A stretch of 64,000 bases of DNA from Octopus sinensis (Eukaryota). Made by a program: the position numbers and the translations under genes. Numbering within the stretch: position 1 is the first letter of the stretch; every line of letters starts with the position of its first letter. The notes beneath the pieces were generated by a model. The model did no database searches and was not told the origin of the DNA. It was given only the letters and a program-made list of their open reading frames with translations. This document shows, one piece after another, positions 1 to 13,197 of the stretch. The stretch covers positions 151,793 to 215,792 of the forward strand of contig NW_021836289.1 in the NCBI RefSeq assembly GCF_006345805.1, in the 5' to 3' direction.

Positions 1-149
1 TAATGTCACAACAAGAACACCCTGTTGAGAAAAATGTATTTAATATTTAACATATTCTAATCCAATATTAATATAAATTTATTAGTATAATTCTCTGGAG
101 TCTTTATGGTCACTAAATCGGAGTTTCTTCAATTCGTGGATATGTCTAC

Positions 150-1200
150 ACAAAATGTGTTCATTCATCAAATCAAAGATCTCCGAGGTGGTGATTGGGC
201 TAATGATTAAAGACTGCCTCCAATGCCTATCGACTACTCGTCCTGTCCTCCCTCATATCCGCCAAAAACCCACATTTCCAACTCCCAATGTCGGGTGTGT
301 CTCTCGGCCAGGCCCTCGAGGCAGCCAATCTCTTCAATATTCCGGGATTTCCCAATTCGAATGCCCTGCGCACTGCTATTGATTCTCTGACCTCCATTCC
401 TGTTGTCCCTACTTATTAAATGTAGTTTGGATTCGTTGTCGGGGACCACTTCAATGACTCTTACAGACCTGGTTTGTTTATTATATATATTTTAGAAGTG
501 TTTAAAGTGATTTCCCTTCTATCAATCGACATATGTTTCAAGCTTATTGAAAGGCGGGTGTCAGTAAAGGCTGCTACTATTTTCAATGTGCTCAGTCTGC
601 ATCCCGACGAGCTGTTCCTCCAACAAGACCTAGAACAAGCCCTTCTCTGCAGTGCCAATGACCTGACAGGAGACCTTCTCTTCCTCTATAGGGAAGGATT
701 GATCCGAGTGCGAGTATGCCTTGAGGTGAGTGGATTAGGCGGACCCCCCTGATTCGACCTCCGAGGACGTGAATTATCTCTTCTCTGTCAATTTGGAGAG
801 GACTAGTCGGTCGGGTATGGATATATTGCGGAGATTATTGGAGAGTCTGGTGAGGGAGAGAGAGGAAATATCGAGACAGATTAAGTATGGTGTCCTCTCG
901 AGTTCAGACCCTCCAAGGATCAGTATGAGCTGTTCGTGTCTCTCCACACTCAGATGATATTGGAGAATGTCGATGAAGGAGGGTTTGTAGACTATATCCC
1001 TCCCGCCGAGATGGATCGACTCCACAAATATCACAAGTCTGCTGAAAAGTTCTTACTGATATTCTGATGAGGTAGGATGACACTGATCGAGGTTGCATTG
1101 GTTGCTGAGTTGACTGTCCTGGAGGGGTTTGTTGACTTGTGTGTCCTCAGACGGTATCAAAGCATCAGGGGCGTCGATGCCTTCATTGCCAGGCGTTTTG
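150..1200 (-). mobile_element. Degenerate Merlin/ISXO2(IS1595-like) DDE transposase remnant
   Basis: Minus-strand frames give CDICG (Zn-ribbon-like), then VIEVVPDNESKL, MWVFGGYE and, after a frameshift, RTGRV...IISPITTSEIFDLMNEHIL. This resembles the ISXO2 xDESxF...WVFGG.ER...TL..II..HI pattern. Stops/frameshifts present; GC higher than flanks; no TIRs identified. Confidence 0.55.
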
Positions 1201-2559
1201 ACTGATTTATTTTTTTAATTTTATTTATTTGTTGTTGTGGCCCAAACCTAGCTTTAATGTAACCTCACAGTTTATTTTTGACACAAACCTATTCTAAGCA
1301 GGGTGTCCTTTCTTTGAAGAGGTGCTGAGGATAATCCAGGTGCTGTAATCGGCAGGTAATTAAAGGAACCTGACTATTCCTTCCTCTGTTTAGATTTGTT
1401 CTGTAGAGTCGACTGTATTTCCAAATCTGTCGGATTATAGGGATGTAAGTGATCTTGGCCTACTGTGGACTTACTTGATGTCCTTCCATTATATTCTTAT
1501 TTGTCATTCTTATGGGTGTGTCTCTACTCTCATGTTCTGTGGAGTTTATACTTTTTGTCATTTTTGTAAGCGGTGGATGGACACGTGCTTGTTGATGTTG
1601 ACATGACCGACTAGAGAGGAGTCTTCTTGAGCTTAGTGATGTGTTTGAATTATTTAATGTCGGTGTATTCTGACTATTTTGTTCATGAAAATTATGCGTT
1701 CTTATTTTGGTCGATTATTGATAGCCGTTGTTTAGATGACCATCCGTTTAGTCGGATCATCGTCCATTTTAATGGCCAATTCGTTTTAAACTGAACAAAA
1801 TAAGTCTCAAAAGTGAATCTAACCATTCACTGTTAGAAAGTATTTTTACATCCTGGGTCTTTCATGGATCTTACTTTCCAAGCCTACTTCTTGATTTTCA
1901 GCAGTCGTCGTTTGTCTATGAGATTTTCCACTCCTTCGAGAAATGCAACGCTCTACAAACGCCGAGCAGTAAAATCTACCATGTTTATTAGTCAAACATA
2001 CTCAAACAAACCCACTATCTGGTAAAACCAAAGCCAACTACTTTGGTTTGTATAAAGTGGACAGATCTAAAGAGTTCTGTACTAAAAAGATCAATTTTAC
2101 CTTTGTTTTTTTCTTCTCTCGCATTTCACCCTAGAATTTCATTTTATATCTCACCGACAATGTCGCTGAAACTTCTGAAATTAAAACGTTTAACAATGAA
2201 TTGAAAGCTTTTTTTTATTAGTGAAAAACAAATAAGTATTTATTTGACCGGTTGTGAAAAAGAAAAAGTAACTCAAAGAATAGTCGAGAGCCTAAGGGTC
2301 AGCTCAACGAGACTGCACTGCGTATTGAATGGCAATTTCAGCAAAGCACAGCGACCAAGATTCGCTATTTACTTTGGTTTTTATGTTTTTGGTCTCCAGG
2401 GGTTTTTAACTCGACTACTGTTATCGACTCTCATTTTTGAAGTGTGGAAGTTCTATTCCTATAGTCTTTTTAAACGGATTTTAAAATAAAACGTAAAACT
2501 TTAACTAAATGAAACAAAACAAAATTAACGAAACCAAAAGAGATAGTTAAATGTTTAAA

Positions 2560-4690
2560 TGGGTTTAGTTAAATGGGAAAAGTAACCCCATGTCATCACC
2601 TTGAAAAAAGGCCTGCATTTTAATTTACATTCATTGTCATTGAGTTCACATCCTTTCTTCAAGTAATTGAATTGCTTACAGTAGACTGTCGGGAAATCGA
2701 TATCCAGGCCGCCTTTAATCACCTCAATCCCAATTCTGTTATTTTCGAATATAAATTTCTAAAAATAATAACTGAATCGGGTCCGAACCTAAAATATCTT
2801 AGTCAATGAAAATACAGTCCGTCTCCGCCAATATACTCCAAATTTTTAAGAAAATTAAGATTTTTTAATTTAGCAGGAACGGAGATCATGATAAATCCTG
2901 TCAGCGCCTGAACCGAACTTAGATATTTAAAGTTCTCAATTTGAATTTCTCTAATTATAGGGATTTGCAATCAAGTACTCGTGTGGCATTATGAAAATGC
3001 TTCCGATTATGACAGAACAATGTTCAAATTGATTGATGTTCAAATTGGTGATCAAAATGACTTCGTCCACAATTTCACAAACTATTTTTGTAAAGCAAAA
3101 ACATTTCTAAACATTTCTAGCGCATCCAAATTTTCTTGAAGAATTTTAATACAATTACATCACAGGACTTAACAACAGGCATGATTTTCACTTTTGACCA
3201 ATAGATTGTCTCCAGTTCATTTGACATTGATTTTATGAAATGATCGGATGAAATTGTTTGCATAGAATAAAAAAGTCGCAGTTAAACTAACATCGCGGAA
3301 AAAAATATACGTCATTATCTCAGACAGCATAGTCAGCTAAATAACCATCCTAAATAACACTCTAAGCCACGTCAATATCATCAAACTCTACGACTTTAAC
3401 GTAGAATTGAAAATATAAGTCCTAGTGGGACGCCAACAACTGTTATGATGGAGTTGTGTGGTTGTGATCTGACACATCTATTGAGGAAACGTCTCAGTCT
3501 TGATATAGTCCGTCGAGTGCTCCAACCAATTGGTCGGCCTACATTAAGTACTCAGCTTCCGCCAAGGTGTACCTCCACGGACAGCTTAGCGTCGAGGCAA
3601 TTCCGGAAATAAAAATAAACGTAGATTATCAAACTGTTCCTGTGTCAATGATTCGGGTTTTTGAGTCATTATGAGAAAAATCTGTTCAAAATACTTTCTT
3701 AGTCTACGATTGAAAAATAATCAGAGACATCCAAAACCAAATTTTGTCAAAAATGACTTTACTACGAAGTAATTGTTTATAATAAGTGTTATAACCGATA
3801 ATTCAAAAAACTCGATATAAAACTCAGACACAACACACCATGGAACCGTATTATGTGCGTAGTGAGTGAAAATTTTGTTATAAAGTGTACCTAAAAAGTT
3901 ATAAGGCTTATTCAAAGATATATAATTTTTAGCCAGAGACGAACAGTGAAAAAAAGTCGTAAAAACATTTATCACCGTTCGGAAGGCCTCAATCTCATAT
4001 CCCTTTTAAGTCGTTTTACTTAAAATATAAAAGTGAAAAAAACGTTAAGAGGAACCGCAGAAAGCAATCTTAGAAATATGGAGAGAATTGCCTGGACAAG
4101 CATGCACCGACGAGAAACCATTGTTGCTATAAAGACTAGCAGCGACTCTTTGTTTAAACTTTATAAAACAGGGAATAACTGGAAATAGTACCATTGATTA
4201 GTTTACATAATAAGGCAAGTAAACATGATTAACGGCCGAGTCATAAATGCTGTTAAGATCAGTCAGAAATTCTTGTAAATAGCGATTTAATATGAAAATT
4301 TCAACACAGCAAAGAGACATTTGAAAAGTTCTGGAAATACTAATTTAGGATTTCTAAACTTTGTCAAATTATTGGAAATGGCGATAGTCCCAACAATATT
4401 AACAATACGACTCTGAATCAAAGAAAATTCTGCCATTCCCAAAATAAAAAAGAGATTGAGAACTTCACCTATTTTAACAACAAACTCAAGCAAACATGAA
4501 TTTCCGGTTTATCCAGGAAAATAGACTGTCATCGAATATCAAATAATACCCAAACACATTTATCAAACCATTCGAGGTGATTCGAGTACAGTCAAATGAA
4601 AAGTCTTTATACTTCATATCGAAATCAGACTTAAGGTAATCAAAAAATGTAACAGACTTCCCACGAGTAACGGGTCGCCAATGTAACATA
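2560..4690 (-). pseudogene. EGFR/ErbB-like receptor ectodomain (L1, Cys-rich, L2) remnant with micro-introns
   Basis: Spliced minus-strand translation ITNLNINQFEHCSVIIGSIFIMPHE / EIQIENFKYLSSVQALTGFIMISVPAKLKNLNFLKNLEYIGGDG / ...ITELGLR*LK matches the EGFR L2 pattern (NATNIKHFKNCTSISG, ITGFLLI, FENLEIIRG, ITSLGLRSLK). L1-like VFGYYLIF and GTIAISNN lie at 4300-4680. 27-28 nt GT-AG introns; in-frame TGA at 2719-2721; interrupted by a CRE fragment. Confidence 0.6.
3420..3615 (+). mobile_element. CRE-like retrotransposon 3' fragment
   Basis: GC-richer island encoding KRLSLDIVR (cf. QRLSxAIxRG at the end of the CRE endonuclease), followed by an A-rich tail; lies inside the EGFR-like remnant. Confidence 0.45.
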
Positions 4691-4940
4691 ATAACATCGT
4701 CAAGAATTTTTTTAGGTTCAATAGGCATTTGCCTTCACATCAAAAGAATATTGATGCAGAATGCAGTAAAGATGCATTGACAGAGTTTACCTTATCTCAA
4801 AAACCAGAGTTACATTCAAGCAATGCTGGTGCTCCATCTGTAATACATGCAATAAGATTTTGCAAAAATAGACCTTCTGCTTCAAAAAACAATTAAATCC
4901 ATCAAGCATATCTGCACAATTTTTTAAACGAGATAGCTTA
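4690..4940 (-). mobile_element. hAT (Buster/ZBED5-like) transposase remnant
   Basis: NLIACITDGAPALL..NSGF, YCILHQ and MPIEPKKILDDVI match the TDGA / HCxxH / MP..L..VL motifs of Buster-type hAT transposases; stops present. Confidence 0.6.
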
Positions 4941-5214
4941 TTGCTTTAAATAAAAAAAGGAATAAAAGAAACACAGCCAAAACCGGCTTGCATGATTGTG
5001 AGGAAATTCCCGGGTAAAACAGACACCAAGATCCTCGAATAAAAAACGTAAATTCCCTGGGATCTCTAGAACGATTGGTGCACAAATGGCCAAGTTTCTA
5101 AAAATGAACAAGAGTCTTGAAAAACACAGGAACCCTCTAACGCAATTGTCCAAAAGCAAAATCGTTTGCATAAGTTACTGTACTTCGACAGTTTTATAGA
5201 TTCGACCTTCTCAG

Positions 5215-5900
5215 CCGATGAACTGGGTCGACAAGCAGTAGAATTAAAGGTTCCCTTGGCAAAAGAGTCAGCACAGGTGTGTTACGGCTTGACGAGTGAC
5301 GCCGTCATCAGTGATCTTTTTCAGCCACACCATAAAAGAAAAAGACAAGAGGGAGCAGCGACACATGACTTTGTTCGGATTATTTAGTTTCTTGATAACA
5401 TGTTCTCTTTCTGTCTTGATCTTGTGTTAGTTAGTTAGTTATGTTACCCCGGCTTCACTAACACGTAGGAAACCGGCTGCAATCAGGAAGCGCGACGCGA
5501 AGATCGGGCGCTCCCAGAGATCCCGAATCCCAATAGGCGGAGACAAGTGAGGCGGTTCAGGACAGGGGAAGAGGTCTTCAGGGGTGAAGGAACGGTATGT
5601 TTCGAAAATGAGTGGATGATGTCGCGAGCGAATCTGAGCAAGCTGGACACGGAGATATCTGCAGAGTGATTGCTCTGAGGAGTGGACCGGCGGGGGGGGG
5701 AGAGTTGAGAAGTTTGTTGTTGTTCGGCGGGGGAAACAACGATGTGGGTCACCTTCACGTGGTGTTGTTTGGATGCTGTGATTACAGTAACTAAAAGACC
5801 CTCAACAATCTCCCCATCTGATCGTTGTCACGATCTTTTGGCTGCAATTTGATCTTGTGTGGCTGGCCCAAGTGAGATATCATATTGCAGCAGGGCAATT
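5215..5900 (+). repeat. SINE-like dispersed repeat, copy A (split by a LINE insertion at 5428-5848)
   Basis: Shares TTGACGAGTGACGCCGTCATCAGTGAT, AACATGTTCTCT and TTGATCTT(G/A)TGTGGCTGGCC with 20545-20725. Confidence 0.55.
5428..5848 (-). mobile_element. 5'-truncated LINE (I/Ingi/R1-like C-terminus) with 12-bp TSD
   Basis: TSD TTGATCTTGTGT at 5416-5427 and 5849-5860; (AACT)n tail on minus strand; encodes LRVQLAQIRSRHHP...DLWERPIFASRFL, typical of LINE ORF2 C-termini. Confidence 0.8.
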
Positions 5901-5910
5901 AATAATAATA

Positions 5911-7840
5911 CAGTAAAACCTCTGGTGCTCGCCATTTTCGGGACCGAAGAAAAAATGGCGAGCAATAGAATATGGCGAGCAATAGAAATAATCAATAAAT
6001 TTGTTGACATTGAAATTTTGAAAACATCTCCGTTTTCGATACTTTCCGATCATAAGTGAGCCTTCCAAGTCATATTTGAGCAAAGAAACAAAGAGAATCG
6101 AAAGAAATTAAAAGAAAAAAATTAACTAAAAAAATCTTTAATAGTTTTTTTTAATTCAGCCATATTTCTAATAACGGTTTCGATTAGTTCCAACGAATTT
6201 ATATCAAAATTTTCATTTTGATAAAAGAATGACTTTATTCTTTTCAACATTTTCAAAGCCTCTTTCGAATTCACATGAGATTCGTCATTATGAGTATCTT
6301 CATCGTCATATTTGTGTGGGAAAGAATCTCCAGCAATATTAAGGTAATCTTCAATTTCATCTATTTCGGTAAATTCATGATTAATAAAATCATCTTTATC
6401 CACCGGGTCCAATATTTTCAAGATATTTACCATTTTATCATAATTATCAATTTTAACAGTTGGTCTTTCGAATTGATTTTCACATTCGATCCATTTTGAA
6501 TGTCCGAAACAATTTGTAATTGTTTTGGTCGTTACTTTTTTCCAGGCAAAATATGTAAAAAGAAGACCGTCTTTTAAGGTTATTTTTTATGAGCTTCCAG
6601 TGGATTTTCTCCATTTTCAATTTTTTCTAACATTAACTCAAATTTATGTTTATTAAAATGGCCTTTGAGGGATCTAATGATTCTTTGATCCATTGGCTGT
6701 AGAATTGTTGCAGTCTTCGAAGGTAGGTAAAGAACTTCAATTGACTGTAAATCAGCGTAAAGTTTATGGGATGGGCATCGATCCACAACTAAAAGAATTT
6801 TTCGTTTTTTTAGATGCCTATCCCATGTTAAAAGCCATTCGTTAAAAATTTTACTTGTCATCCATGCTTTTGGTGAATGACAGTAATCGACAAAATTTTC
6901 GACTTTAAAATTTTTAAAGCAGCGAGGTTACTGGAACTTTCCAATCATAAGTGGAATTTTTTGTCTGTCCCAGTCATATTTGAGCATAGCAACAAAGAAA
7001 ATCTAAAAAATAAATTAAAATTAAACCGTTCTTAAAGGATATTATGTCCATGTCGAACCTTCTGACAAACACTTTTTGAAGGGATAGATTTGTAAAAAAT
7101 CCCAGTTTCATCAGCGTTATAAATGTTTTCAGCATTATATTGTTAAATCTTTGCAGAGATCAAAGAAGTAAATGCATCAATTTCTTGTTTCTGATCAACT
7201 GCAGTAGATCCTGATTCTCCATGTAAAGTCCTCAATTTTAAGTTGTTCCGTATCTTGAACTTGCTTAGCCATCCATTGCTGTTTTTAAACTCTTTAATTC
7301 CATAAATATTAGCAATGTTCTTTGCTTTCAACAAAATTGAATTATCGTCCAGAAACCCCCCTCTAAGCTCAATGTAATCCATTCAAGTTAATAGTTCGGT
7401 GTCAATAACAGAATAAGTTAAGTTAAATAATCTCTTCTTATTGGAGAAAATAGGGTCAGTGGACATTATTTTCTCTTTTCCAAGTCTTAAATCGTTCACA
7501 GCCCTTCGAGATATTTTTTCTTCAAAATAGAAGAAAAATGTAAGCTATACGGTCCATCGTGAACTTTTGTTCTCCTCCATGTACGCAATAATGCGACGTT
7601 TTTCATTAAAAGACAATCTTGTGCACTTACGCATGTTAAATTTATCGTGGTTGAAATATTTTATATAAAAAATAGTTTAATCAAAAAAAATATTTTTAAA
7701 AATTAATGGCGAGATTTAGAAAATGGCGAGCAATAGAATATTTATCAAAATTTACTAGAAATTTTTAATTTTTTGAAAAATATGTGGCGAGCAATAGAGG
7801 TGGCGAGTAACAGAGGTGGCGAGCACCAGAGGTTTTACTG
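5911..7840 (-). mobile_element. pogo/Tigger-family DNA transposon, full length (1930 bp), inactivated
   Basis: TIR CAGTAAAACCTCTGGTGCTCGCCA at both ends; TA TSD (5909-10, 7841-42); subterminal TGGCGAGCAATAGA repeats; CENP-B HTH (FKNSNGWLSKFKIR..HGESGS) and DDE_1 (LLVVDRCPSH..LQPMDQ) segments with stops. Confidence 0.92.
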
Positions 7841-8026
7841 TATGAACTTTTTGAAAATATGTATTTACACACGCATTCTACATTTTGTTGTTTAAATTTT
7901 TCAAGTTCTTATCTTATGTTTCGTTTAACTATTTATATTAGTTTTATGTCCAAAGGGTTAAACCAATTAAGAAACAATGCACAAAAATTTTTAAATTGTA
8001 TGTGGACAAGGGGGCGATAAAAAAAA

Positions 8027-8041
8027 GGTTGAGAATGCCTG
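8027..8041. mobile_element. Orphan hAT-type terminal inverted repeat
   Basis: GGTTGAGAATGCCTG (reverse complement CAGGCATTCTCAACC) followed by an 8-mer with central TA; partner end not found. Confidence 0.35.
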
Positions 8042-8479
8042 ATCTAATAGATTATTAAACAACAAAAATTAAAATAGTAACTTTGATTAAAACAATAAAA
8101 AACACTAAAAATAATCACTTTTCTTGATTTGAATCAGTGTTCTGATTACAACGACATGACAATTGCCTATGAGAACAGTTCAAACTCTTCATAGACTAAT
8201 ATTGTAAAAATGAACTTTCTTTGCACAAATGTTCAAATATAGACAGATGATCCTTAAATTACGTTAAAGTTTGTAGCATTTTGAATTTTAAAAATAAAAA
8301 GTACGGTAAATTCCCTACAATTTCTCAACGTGGCATTAGTGGCAATTGCATTCAACTTAAAATTCAGCAAAAAATTAGACTAATGAGTTATAAAGATTAA
8401 AATACACTGCTGTCTGTCAGTGAATAGCTGATAGATTTTCTTATATGTTTGAAGTAAACACTTCGAGGAGGACAATTAA

Positions 8480-8800
8480 CGATATTTAAAAGACGCGTGG
8501 AATGATTTCGAAGAATGTTAATTCCTATATGAAAATTTGCAAAAAAATGCGGAAGTACTCCTCACTTACGGAGAAGTTCCAATTCCTTCCATTCGCGGTT
8601 GAGACTTCTGGTTCCTTGGGCAGTAAGGCAATCAGCTTCGTTCAGGAGATCGGGTCCCGCATGTCTGCCATCACAGGCGACGCCCGCGAATCGAGATGGT
8701 TTTTCGAGCGGATATCCCTTGCGATAGTACGCTCTAACTCTTTCTCGATCGCGTCGGCTTCCCGCCCATGAAGCTTTTAATTAATTAACTTGTAGTTTTG
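8480..8800 (+). mobile_element. CRE-like retrotransposon 3' fragment (RLE domain end)
   Basis: ORF 8502-8771 KYSSL..FQFLPFAVETSGSLG...RWFFERISLAIVRSNS, followed by T/A-rich tail. Confidence 0.85.
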
Positions 8801-9028
8801 TAAAATATTAATTTAAAAAAAAAAATTTCAGAGCTGGAATATTCGAAAATTGATGAAACCTCTCATTTTGGAGAATCTCTCATTTTACCAACTATAAAAA
8901 TGTCCTTCAAATCTTTTTAGATATCAATGCTAAAATGAGTACAAGACTTGTATTTAAATTGACTAGTAAACCGACAACTCAGAAAACAAACAAGAAAAAT
9001 AGTTAATGCCTAGAAAGCAAAGTCCCCA

Positions 9029-9881
9029 TTAAGCCAATTGGGATCCTCCATTGCGGAAGGGACCTAGACTATAAAAAACCGAAATCCAAACAAAGTTCAT
9101 ATCGTACTGACGAGCATCCTGATTATAGGGCATATCCGACTCCTGTTCGTCCACATTTTCAACCTCCTCAACACGGTCTGTCTCCTCGACTTCTCTGTAC
9201 AGAAACATATCGACCATAACATCCCACGGACTTTGTCTGCTCAGAACTCCCTTAATTCTGAGGAACTCTCTGGACAACAAATACCACATCACCCCAATAG
9301 ACTCCCTCCCCTACACACTCACTATGGACGACAACCTTGTTATTGCAGGGAATAGCACAATCCACGTTATTGGGGTAGTTGTCACTGTCACAGAAAGCAA
9401 TCACGATTATCCCCCGCATGGAGGCTTCCTTAATACACTGATAATCCACTTGGGGATTGGCTACCACCAACACCAGGGGTTCCATGAATTGTTTCTACCA
9501 ATAAGAAACATTCCCAGCCTGTCCCCGATTGGTGAACGAGCCGGGAGTGAATCTCTGGACGACGGAGGCAGACCCCGTGTAGTGGGCAAACTTGAAAGCT
9601 GCTCGCTGGGCCAGAATGTTCCCCCCCACAGCGACGATATCCTTGGGGTTTTTGATGGCAACCATCAATCGAGCGGCGATTTGGATTTTCTCCCACATGA
9701 GGTGAATGTTTATTATGTTTGTCCCTTTTGATTATTAAAGTGAGTTACCGTCTGTGTTGGTGCTGTAAATGTACCTTTCCATTTGTTTGTTAATGCTCGG
9801 AGAGGCGATGTGAGCCTTTGAAACGAGTATGAGTCTTACTTCCTCGGGAGTTATTTTCATAAGATTAGATCCACCAGACAT
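9029..9881 (-). CDS. RPSA: 40S ribosomal protein SA (uS2)
   Basis: MSGGSNLMKITPEEV...RFTPGSFTN...DCAIPCNNK GRESIGVMWYLLSRE...PWDVMVDMFLYR. The frame is restored by three 24-25 nt introns, one GC-AG (9495-9518). Confidence 0.95.
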
Positions 9882-10981
9882 TTATTCTTATCTAGCTATA
9901 AAATGCGTGCAAACATTAAAGCAACAAGATAGAAATCAATTAACGTGTCTGATTTTATTTAAATTAAATTTGTTTTTAGTATTAAAAAAAACTTTAATTA
10001 TTTATTGTCAATTTCTAGTTTTCTATCCATCTATTTTTTTCCTGTCTAATTATTTATCTTATCCACTTGTCTGTTCCTATTTTCATGTCCTTTTGCTTTT
10101 CCTATAAATCTGTTAACTCTCGTGAATTGGGGCGGGGCGTTTCCTGCAGCCAGTTTTTTTTACCTTTCGTGTGTTAAACTTACTAAGCGCGACTTGGCCG
10201 CAATATTCTCATGGAAAGACTTTTATGCATTCCACACACGATGATCACTAAACCTATATCATCTGAAAAATCCTTAACTGACCGGCCTTGTTATTAGGCA
10301 CAGGCATTCCTTATTCGCTTTTCCGGTTTCTGTAGAAATAAAATCATTCCGTCGCGGATTCCTAAATCAGGCAGAATCCAAGTGGCCAAATCTTTGGCTC
10401 TTGCAATCGAGCGATCTCTGGGCTCAAACTCGCCAGATGATTGATACAAGCTTTTCTCTTTTGTCTTCGTTTGTCTCGGAGAGTCTCCCAGTCACAACCA
10501 CGGTGGCGGTCGCACGTCTCTTTCGCAGAATTTTAAATCAAAATTGTGAATTATTCGACAACGCTAAATTCGATATCAGCGTCATTTCTACTCAGTTAGT
10601 CAACTACGTTCAAAACACCCTGCGGCACCGGACGATCTATCCGAAATTCCTGAGTTGGTCACTGGTTCCGTTTGTAACGCATATTCCGTCACTTCAGCAG
10701 AAGTATCTGCTGCTCTCAGTTCTTTCCCCTCAGTAGCAGTGGTGGTATTGATGGTATGAAACCCATCCATCTCAGGGACCTTCTTTCTCCGGTAACTTTT
10801 GAGACGAGAGGACGCCTAATATTGGCTATCATGTGCCTATTTACAAGAATTATCTCTGGTGAGATTTCTCCTTTCGCAAAGGATTTACTTTTCTTCACAA
10901 ATCTGACGGGTCTAGACAAATGTGATGGTGGAATACGACCCATTGCTGTTGGGAATGTCTTTAGACCCCTGGCGGCTAAAA

Positions 10982-11216
10982 ACGCATTTGTAAAACAGAG
11001 TGGATTATTAACAAATACAAATCAAGGAAATAAGACTACGCAGTTTAGGACGCCCTCCCAGCCTCGCGGATTGCGAAACAGTTGCCACGGATTACAGCAA
11101 TGGAGAGGGGTTGTAGAAGCCAAAAGGACTCTCTCGGCGATTCTTCTTCCCAAACCACGTAAAAAAACAAAGCGACTTGGAGGCAAAGACCCCAGAGGTC
11201 TCAACGGCAGTGGGCA
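10982..11216 (-). mobile_element. CRE-like 3' fragment nested in opposite orientation, 11-bp TSD
   Basis: TSD GGCGGCTAAAA at 10971-10981 and 11217-11227 splits host codons RxLAAK|IICR; the insert encodes PTAVETSGVF...LGRRIAER. Confidence 0.8.
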
Positions 11217-12246
11217 GGCGGCTAAAATTATTTGCCGTTCGGTAGTCTCTGAAGCAAGTGAACTTTTAATGCAGATCCAACTGGGTGTAGGTGTGAAAGG
11301 TGCTTGTAAAGCAGCCGCCCATGGTATACGGCAGCTGGTTTCTCCGAAAAATAATGGAATCCCTTTCCTCCTTAAACTGGATGTGAAAACGCATTCAATT
11401 CTATTCGACGAAATCATATGTTAGAATCTGTCCGTAATCGTTTTCCTTCATTATATCCCATCGTACATCTATCATATGCCTCCCCAAGTTGACTCCTGTT
11501 TACTGACAACGTTATTATGTCTGAATTGGGGATTCAACAGGGTGACCCATTGGGGCCTCTTTTTAGCTCATCGTATCGAGCATTTGAGCATCACCGCTTT
11601 TGACGACCTGATTATCCTCGGATCCCTAATCAGTGGGAAGGGTACTAATAGACTCTTGCTAACAAGAAAGAGGAAATAGAAATCCTCATTTCGCGTATAT
11701 GTAAACTTCAATCACACCTGGGGCTTTTTCGACTTAAGAACTATCTCTTTATTCCGAAACTTACTTTTCTCATGCGCTCTACGCTCTGTTTCCTCAAACA
11801 AAAATACTTATCTCGCCTTGATAATCTGGTTTCCAAATCATTTGAACTACTGGTAAACCCCCAACAAGTGGGTTTCTCGGGGGCTTAAAGTCCCGGACAT
11901 TCCATCTGTTCAAACCATTCCATCAGAAACTGGGATAATATATATTGTTCGCACATACTTGAAGATATCCGCTTACACGCCGACCAGTTTCAGTTGGCAA
12001 CTATTAATTGTGCCTGACAGCTACATTCGGTCGATTGGCTGAATGTGTTACCGATCTCGTCAGCCGGTATGTTCCTGGACAACGAATCAATCAGCATTGG
12101 AATTTGTTTACGGCTTGGCATGGAGATTTGCCAGCCGCACCATTGTAGATGTGGAAAATTCATCGACAGGAGGTGTTAACACCCTCTCTTTTGTCGCCTC
12201 AGTGCCGGCAAGATTCCCCTCAATATTAGAACCGGTTGGACTAGAC

Positions 12247-13197
12247 CAGGGGTCGGCAAAAGCAGGCTCGCGAGCCTTTAAAGGCTCTTTAACTCTTACG
12301 GTAGGCTCTTTCAATTTTTAACTATTTTTTTAATAAATGATTTCAATTTTAACTATTTTTTTTGTTTTGTTAATAACAAAAAATCTTTGCACGTTTAACA
12401 TTAATTTTTTGTGGTACATCGATATATGCCTAGCAATAAAAAAATTAATAAAAAATCGATAATGCGCGATATTTTCAATCAAAATGGACTGAAACTTTTG
12501 CATTCACGTCTAATTCAGAACAACTACCGAAATGTCTCATTTGCCAGGAAAGTTTGAATCAAAATAAAAAGTCAAATTTAGAGAGACACATTAACACAAA
12601 ACACTCAAATTTCGCAAAAAAAATATCCAATTGGTGATTCCAGAAAGAAAGCTGTAGAAGAACTTGCAAAAAATAATCAGATTAAGAATTCCGCTTTTAA
12701 ATATTGGTATCACAATGCCAGGACTGCAAATATTGCCAGTTTTTTGATAAGCCACGAGATCGCAAAAAGGAGAAAACAATTTACCGATGGCGAATTTATA
12801 AAGGCATGTTTCATTAAAAATTTGCATACGGAATTTTGACAATATTCGGGTCCACTTATATGTGTGAACAAAGTTTTTCTCATATGAATTATATAAAATC
12901 GAAATTAAGGAACAAAATTACAGATTCGAATTTGGAATCTTATTTCAGATTAAAATTAACGACTTACGACCCAGACATTAACCAACTCTCCAAAGAAATG
13001 AGGAATCACATTTCTCATTAATGCGTCTAATTAATTTAATTTTTTAAAATGAATTCTTATTTATTTTTTAAATTAATGTCTATTTAATTTTATGAATTTA
13101 AATTTTTGACAAGTGGTATAAGGTGGCTCTTCAATTTTTCGAAATTTCCAAAAATGTTCAAAATTGGCTCTTCTCCAAAAGTATTTGCCGACCCCTG
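12247..13197 (+). mobile_element. Non-autonomous hAT element (SPIN/GTF2IRD2-like), internally deleted
   Basis: Perfect 14-bp TIR CAGGGGTCGGCAAA; 8-bp TSD GACTAGAC (central TA) at 12239-46 and 13198-205; transposase N-terminus (SHEIAKRRKQFTDGEFIKAC) joined directly to C-terminus (FGSTYMCEQSFSHMNYIKSKLR). Confidence 0.92.

Noticed and set aside
2676-2830. TACAGT... sequences resembling pogo TIRs
   Set aside because: They lie within EGFR-like coding sequence or splice junctions and have no inverted partner.
7955-7965. AAAGGGTTAA piggyBac-like ends (also about 15455 and about 51100)
   Set aside because: No paired TTAA-CCC terminus or transposase found; short motif expected by chance in AT-rich DNA.
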